From NCBI GenBank assembly GCA_002425935.1, contig DINE01000027.1, forward strand, positions 43,742-107,741: a DNA stretch of 64,000 bases, read 5' to 3'. Source of the DNA: Bacteroidales bacterium UBA5548. GTDB taxonomy: Bacteria; Bacteroidota; Bacteroidia; Bacteroidales; UBA932. Numbering within the stretch: position 1 is the first letter of the stretch; each line of letters opens with the position of its first letter. Position numbers and translations under genes: made by a program. Below are positions 58,958 through 64,000 of this stretch, one piece after another. The notes under the pieces were generated by a model. That model saw only the letters and a program-made list of their open reading frames with translations. It had not been told where the DNA came from and ran no database searches.

Positions 58958-60595
58958 ATGGTCTCTTGTGACGGGTTAAGTGTAGAGTTTGGCGGTACGG
59001 TCTTATTTGAAAATATCTCATTTGTAATAAATGACAACGACAGGATTGCCCTTATGGGTAAGAATGGTGCAGGGAAATCAACTTTGTTGAAAATTCTTGC
59101 AGGTGAGCGAGCTCCGTCCAGAGGAGTTGTCTCTGCTCCAAAAGATTCACTTATAGCATATCTGCCCCAGCATCTGATGACCGAAGATGGGCGTACTGTA
59201 TTTGAAGAGGCATCTCAGGCATTTAAACACCTTCATGAAATTGAGGCTCAGATAGCCGATTATAACAGACAACTTGAATCAAGGACAGATTACGACTCAG
59301 ATGAGTATTATAAGCTCATCGAAGATTTGTCCTCTTTGAGCGAAAAGTATTATGCTGTTGATATCTCCCACTATGAGGAGGATGTAGAGAAAGTATTACT
59401 AGGTTTGGGTTTTAAGAGAGAGGAGCTAGGCAGGCAAACCTCAGAACTTAGCGGAGGCTGGCGGATGCGGATTGAGCTCGCAAAAATACTCCTGCGTAAA
59501 CCAGATGTAATTCTGTTGGATGAGCCTACAAACCACCTGGATATGGAGTCAATAATCTGGTTGGAGGAGTTTTTGATAAATCAGGCGAAGGCAGTTGTTT
59601 TGATCTCACACGATAAATCGTTTGTAGATAATGTCACAAACAGAACCATTGAGCTGACAATGGGCAGAATATATGACTATAAGGTAAATTACTCCCACTA
59701 TCTGGAACTGCGAAAAGAGCGTCGCGAACAGCAGCAGAGACAATATGACGATCAGCAGAAGATGATTGCCGAGACAAAGGAGTTTATTGAGCGTTTCAAA
59801 GGCACCTACTCAAAAACGCTTCAGGTACAATCCAGGGTGAAGATGCTCGAAAAGCTGGAACTGGTAGAGGTAGACGAGATTGACACATCGGCATTAAAGC
59901 TCAGATTTCCGCCCTCTCCAAGAAGCGGAAACTTTCCTGTTATTATGGACAGCGTAGGTAAGAGCTACGATGATAATCAGATCTTTTCAAAAGCATCGCT
60001 TACTATTGACCGTGGAGATAAGGTGGCATTTGTCGGAAGAAACGGCGAGGGTAAATCTACTCTTGTAAAATGTATTATGAAGGAGATTGATCACGATGGC
60101 AAACTAACACTTGGACATAATGTTCAGATTGGTTATTTTGCTCAGAACCAGGCATCATTGCTCGACGAAAACCTTACTGTGTTCCAGACAATTGATGATA
60201 TTGCAGTAGGTGACATCCGCTCGAAAATACGCGATCTGCTTGGTGCTTTCATGTTTGGGCGTGACGATGTAGATAAAAAGGTTAAAGTACTCTCCGGGGG
60301 TGAGAGGACCCGCCTTGCTATGATAAAACTGTTGCTCGAACCTGTGAATCTCCTCATACTTGACGAGCCTACAAACCATCTTGACCTGCGTACAAAAGAT
60401 ATTCTCAAGCAGGCGCTGCTTGCATATGACGGCACACTTATAGTCGTGTCGCATGACCGTGATTTTCTTGACGGACTGGTTACAAAAGTCTATGAATTTG
60501 GCAACGGACAAGTTAAAGAGCACCTTGAAACTATTCAGGGATTCCTCGAAAAGAAAAGAATGGAGCATTTAAGGGAGATTGAACGAAAAATCTGA
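58958..60595 (+). CDS. ABC-F family ATPase
   Basis: Two ABC domains (GKNGAGKST, LSGGW, LDEPTNHLD; GRNGEGKST, LSGGE); no TM segments. Confidence 0.95.
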   Translation: MVSCDGLSVEFGGTVLFENISFVINDNDRIALMGKNGAGKSTLLKILAGERAPSRGVVSAPKDSLIAYLPQHLMTEDGRTVFEEASQAFKHLHEIEAQIADYNRQLESRTDYDSDEYYKLIEDLSSLSEKYYAVDISHYEEDVEKVLLGLGFKREELGRQTSELSGGWRMRIELAKILLRKPDVILLDEPTNHLDMESIIWLEEFLINQAKAVVLISHDKSFVDNVTNRTIELTMGRIYDYKVNYSHYLELRKERREQQQRQYDDQQKMIAETKEFIERFKGTYSKTLQVQSRVKMLEKLELVEVDEIDTSALKLRFPPSPRSGNFPVIMDSVGKSYDDNQIFSKASLTIDRGDKVAFVGRNGEGKSTLVKCIMKEIDHDGKLTLGHNVQIGYFAQNQASLLDENLTVFQTIDDIAVGDIRSKIRDLLGAFMFGRDDVDKKVKVLSGGERTRLAMIKLLLEPVNLLILDEPTNHLDLRTKDILKQALLAYDGTLIVVSHDRDFLDGLVTKVYEFGNGQVKEHLETIQGFLEKKRMEHLREIERKI

Positions 60596-60631
60596 GTACA
60601 TTTACTCTCAAATATTCTAAAATTGAGAGGA

Positions 60632-60985
60632 ATGAATTCAAAAAACATCCCGTTCACTACTATAGACTGGACAAATGTGCCAAAGAGCGAACATAAAGGA
60701 GAAACCGGAACTGCATGGTGGCAAACTATGCAATTTAAAGGGTTACGTGTAAGGCTTGTTGAGTATTCGAAAGGGTATCTGGCCGACCATTGGTGCGCAA
60801 AAGGACATATTGTGCATTGTCTTGAAGGTGAATTTGTAAGCGAACTTCAAAATGGGGAAAAATCTGTTTTAACCAAAGGAATGACTTATGTTGTAACAGA
60901 TGATTTAAGTTCACACCGCTCTTCAACCGAATCAGGTGTAAAGCTTTTAATTATTGACGGCGATTTTCTTAAATTTCAACCATGA
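60632..60985 (+). CDS. DHCW-motif cupin fold protein
   Basis: HKGETG, RLVEYSKGYLADHWCAKGH. Confidence 0.88.
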   Translation: MNSKNIPFTTIDWTNVPKSEHKGETGTAWWQTMQFKGLRVRLVEYSKGYLADHWCAKGHIVHCLEGEFVSELQNGEKSVLTKGMTYVVTDDLSSHRSSTESGVKLLIIDGDFLKFQP

Positions 60986-61995
60986 AGCATCTCTTCTATC
61001 CGCTGTTAATGATAGTTGCATATGTTATTACCGGTTGCTATACGGGTAATAATATGCGTAACGAGCCTGTGAGTTTTCAAGGCGATTATTTTGGGCAAGC
61101 TATTCCTGGTGATTCTGCAACTCTTTTTGCACCAAATTTCATCTCTACTGGCATGAATGAGCGGGATTTTACTATCTCTCCGGATGGCAACGAAATCTTT
61201 TTCTGTCGTGAAGCAGGTAATTTTAAATATACTACAATCTTTTATACAAAGAGAGTTGGCAATGTCTGGTCCACCCCTGAAGTATTTGAATACTGCACCA
61301 ACCCAAATTACAAATATATAGAACCCCATATATCTCCGGACGGCAATAAACTATTTTTCATTTCGACTATGCCTGTAGATTCTTCGTCTGTTGGTAACGA
61401 AGATATTTGGATCTCTGTTAAAGAGGATGGTGAATGGACTAATCCACAAAATCTAGGTCCTCCAGTTAATACCAGCAGCAAGGAGTTCTTCCCAACAGTA
61501 ACATTAGATGGAACAATTTACTATACACATTTGGATACAATTGCCAAAGACGAGTTTATCTATCGCTCACGTTTTAAAAACGGAATATATGAGCAGCCTG
61601 AAAAACTGAGCTTAAATGTAAATATCGGGAAAGCCAGATATAATGCTTTTGTTGCGCCGGATGAGAGCTACATTATTATTCCTGCATTTGGTATGACTGA
61701 TAGTTTTGGAGGGACGGATTACTATATATCATTTAGAGACAGCTTAGATAATTGGAGTGAACCTGTTAATATGGGGCCAAAAATCAATTCTGCGAATCCA
61801 AAAGAGTGGTCAGCGTCGGTAACTCCTGATGGTAAGTTCATATTTTTTATGTCCGCTAAAATGAAAAATAACAATCTAAATGTGCTAAGCACTAAATCTC
61901 TTCTTGACTTCCATAACTCTCCGCAAAACGGGAATACAGATATTTATTGGATAAGTTCTTCAATAATTGAAGAGTTGAGGCGGTCTGCAAAATAG
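60982..61995 (+). CDS. PD40/TolB-like beta-propeller lipoprotein
   Basis: Lipobox ITGC, repeated SPDG/TPDG motifs, DIYW. Confidence 0.85.
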   Translation: MKHLFYPLLMIVAYVITGCYTGNNMRNEPVSFQGDYFGQAIPGDSATLFAPNFISTGMNERDFTISPDGNEIFFCREAGNFKYTTIFYTKRVGNVWSTPEVFEYCTNPNYKYIEPHISPDGNKLFFISTMPVDSSSVGNEDIWISVKEDGEWTNPQNLGPPVNTSSKEFFPTVTLDGTIYYTHLDTIAKDEFIYRSRFKNGIYEQPEKLSLNVNIGKARYNAFVAPDESYIIIPAFGMTDSFGGTDYYISFRDSLDNWSEPVNMGPKINSANPKEWSASVTPDGKFIFFMSAKMKNNNLNVLSTKSLLDFHNSPQNGNTDIYWISSSIIEELRRSAK

Positions 61996-62001
61996 TATAT
62001 T

Positions 62002-62340
62002 ATGGGCTTAGATATTTATATTCGTGAAATTAAGGATAGAGAAAAACCCCTCATCGAGTCTTTTATGTACGATGCCATCTTTATACAAGAGAACAGAAGC
62101 TATGGATTTATAGATGCATCAACGCCTGAATTGGCGATGTCAATCACTCATCTGTATAGGAATCAGGGAATAGGGAAGAGTCTGCTTTCAGGAATGCTAA
62201 AGCATATACAATCAAAGGGTTATAAACAAATTTCACTTAGTGTTGATACTGATAATTTTGCATACGAAATGTATAAGAAATTTGGATTTGTAGATATTCA
62301 TTTAGTAGGCAAATCAATGACAATGCTGAAAAAATTGTAG
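62002..62340 (+). CDS. Short GNAT acetyltransferase, probably internally deleted
   Basis: YRNQGIG, SLSVDTDN, YKKFGF; only 112 aa. Confidence 0.7.
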   Translation: MGLDIYIREIKDREKPLIESFMYDAIFIQENRSYGFIDASTPELAMSITHLYRNQGIGKSLLSGMLKHIQSKGYKQISLSVDTDNFAYEMYKKFGFVDIHLVGKSMTMLKKL

Positions 62341-63210
62341 ATGGTGGATACAAATAGCTGTCAAAAGATTTCCTGCTCATCTGCACTTAACAGATTAAAA
62401 AGGAAGATTCCATATGGCTGGGACCTTAATATTTACAGAGGGTGCAGTCATAACTGTTCATATTGTTATGCACGCTATTCTCATGATTATCTTGGGGAAG
62501 ATGACTTTACTAAGGTTTTTGTGAAAACAAATATTGTGGAACAACTGGATAAAGAGTTAAGCAGCCCATCCTGGAAAAGAGAGGTTATCAATATAGGAGG
62601 AGTTACCGACAGCTATCAGAAAATAGAAGAGGAGATGTTGATAATGCCCGATATTCTGAAACTACTAATTAAGTACAAAACACCAGCAATAATTTCAACT
62701 AAATCTCACCTGATTTTACGTGATTTTGACCTGATTGCTCAACTTGCAGAAATTACATATGTAAATGTTGCTTCAACTATCACAACAATGGACGAGAGTG
62801 TCCGTTTGAAAATTGAACCAAATGCAAGCTCCGCTGCAGATAGGTTTATTATGCTTAAAGAGTTCAGAAAGACAAATGCGTCAGTAGGGCTTCATGTTAT
62901 GCCAATAATTCCTCTCCTTACTGATAGTAAGGAAAACATTGAAACCCTTTGTGCTGGTGCAAAGAGAGCCGATGTACATTATATGTTACCGGGAGTACTC
63001 TATTTGAGGGGTGTCACCAGAAAACACTTTTTTGATTTTATTAACAGAGAATATCCGGATATATATGATAAATTAAGAGAGCTATACAAGGGCGGAGGTG
63101 CAGATAAATCATATAAAGAGGCTCTGTACAGTAAAGTTGTCAATCCTTTAAGAGAGAGATACGGCATCCCTAGCAGTTATATGAAAGCCATGAAGGAAAA
63201 ACTTAAATAA
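62341..63210 (+). CDS. Radical SAM protein (SplB/Rv2578c-like)
   Basis: NIYRGCSHNCSYCYA, GGVTDSYQ, ISTKS, IEP. Confidence 0.92.
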   Translation: MVDTNSCQKISCSSALNRLKRKIPYGWDLNIYRGCSHNCSYCYARYSHDYLGEDDFTKVFVKTNIVEQLDKELSSPSWKREVINIGGVTDSYQKIEEEMLIMPDILKLLIKYKTPAIISTKSHLILRDFDLIAQLAEITYVNVASTITTMDESVRLKIEPNASSAADRFIMLKEFRKTNASVGLHVMPIIPLLTDSKENIETLCAGAKRADVHYMLPGVLYLRGVTRKHFFDFINREYPDIYDKLRELYKGGGADKSYKEALYSKVVNPLRERYGIPSSYMKAMKEKLK

Positions 63211-63235
63211 AAGGTTTGTCATTTATATTTGTAAT

Positions 63236-63664
63236 ATGAATAAAGAATCAATTCAACTTCTGAAAAATCCAGAACTATACCCTGATGAGAAGTATCTGGG
63301 CGAGATCCTTCAAGCCGGATTGTTTAACACATATCTGGAATTTATAAGAAAGCTAACAGATTTAGGTTTAGCGTGGGAGTGGCGTTACTACAATGATGGT
63401 AAGGCATGGTTGTGCAAAGTGACATTCAAAAAGAAGACGGTAGCATGGGTGTCATTGTGGGCAGATTTTATTAAAGCAGGATTCTACTTTACTGAAAAAA
63501 ACAGAGAAGGAATTCTTAGTCTGGATATTAGTCAATCTTTTAAGGACTCTTTCTCATCTGCAAAACCAATTGGGAAACTCCTCCCTTTAACTCTCGAACT
63601 TGCAACACAAGAGTCCCTTAAAACATTTGAAATTATTGCCAAATATAAAATATCAACTCTTTAA
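63236..63664 (+). CDS. DUF3788 family protein
   Basis: EWRYYNDGKAWLCKV...KKKTVAW. Confidence 0.75.
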   Translation: MNKESIQLLKNPELYPDEKYLGEILQAGLFNTYLEFIRKLTDLGLAWEWRYYNDGKAWLCKVTFKKKTVAWVSLWADFIKAGFYFTEKNREGILSLDISQSFKDSFSSAKPIGKLLPLTLELATQESLKTFEIIAKYKISTL

Positions 63665-63731
63665 TACTATTTTTAATATTTGTAAAGAGTTGTTCGAGTC
63701 TTACTCTGTTTTTAAAAATATTAATAGTGCT

Positions 63732-64000
63732 ATGCAAGAAGAGATAATTAAAATTATAGCTACAGATGGACAGGTTGTTATTCGCGAAATTCAGGACGCT
63801 GATCTTAGTTTAATGACACTATATGCAAACAATCCAAAAGTAGCAATCAATTTAAGAGATGCATTCCCCAGTCCGTACACAATGGATGATGCGATAAGAT
63901 TTAAAGAGGCAATAGACAATCAGAATCCAAAAACAATTTTTGCAATTGAATACAAAGGGGATTATGTAGGTAATATAAGCCTTTCACCTGCATCTGATGT
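63732..64000 (+). CDS. RimJ/RimL GNAT acetyltransferase, N-terminal part; runs off the window
   Basis: Manual translation: YANNPKVAINLRDAFPSPYTMDDA...FAIEYKGDYVGNI. Confidence 0.8.
   Translation, partial: MQEEIIKIIATDGQVVIREIQDADLSLMTLYANNPKVAINLRDAFPSPYTMDDAIRFKEAIDNQNPKTIFAIEYKGDYVGNISLSPASD

Noticed and set aside
40006-64000. Prophage or ICE integrated at tRNA-Met
   Set aside because: No phage structural, relaxase or conjugation genes, and no distal duplicate of the tRNA 3' end was seen in the window.

Overview
Bacteroidales-type chromosomal window, judged from the SusC/SusD pair and TTTG-N19-TAnnTTTG promoters. Bases 1-40 kb are mostly housekeeping genes: pheS, tRNA-Gly/Leu, a self-contained rplC-rpsC piece of the S10 operon, aroB/aroD-aroA/aroC, selU-yedF-selD, tsaE, rsmE, mutL and ispF. 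After a tRNA-Met gene (40006-40079) the character changes. A palindromic repeat cluster mirrors the tRNA 3' end, then comes a broken tyrosine recombinase that lacks the IntI-specific insertion. An attI-like site (TAAACAAGTT, about 40951-40960) follows, then co-oriented genes separated by attC-like hairpins. For the first two units the outer ends are complementary cassette by cassette (GTTGTGCGG...CCGCACAAC; GTTGGCAGC...GCTGCCAAC). This reads as a non-canonical, decaying integron-like cassette array whose sites erode with distance from the integrase. All calls come from reading motifs by eye; no database searches were run.
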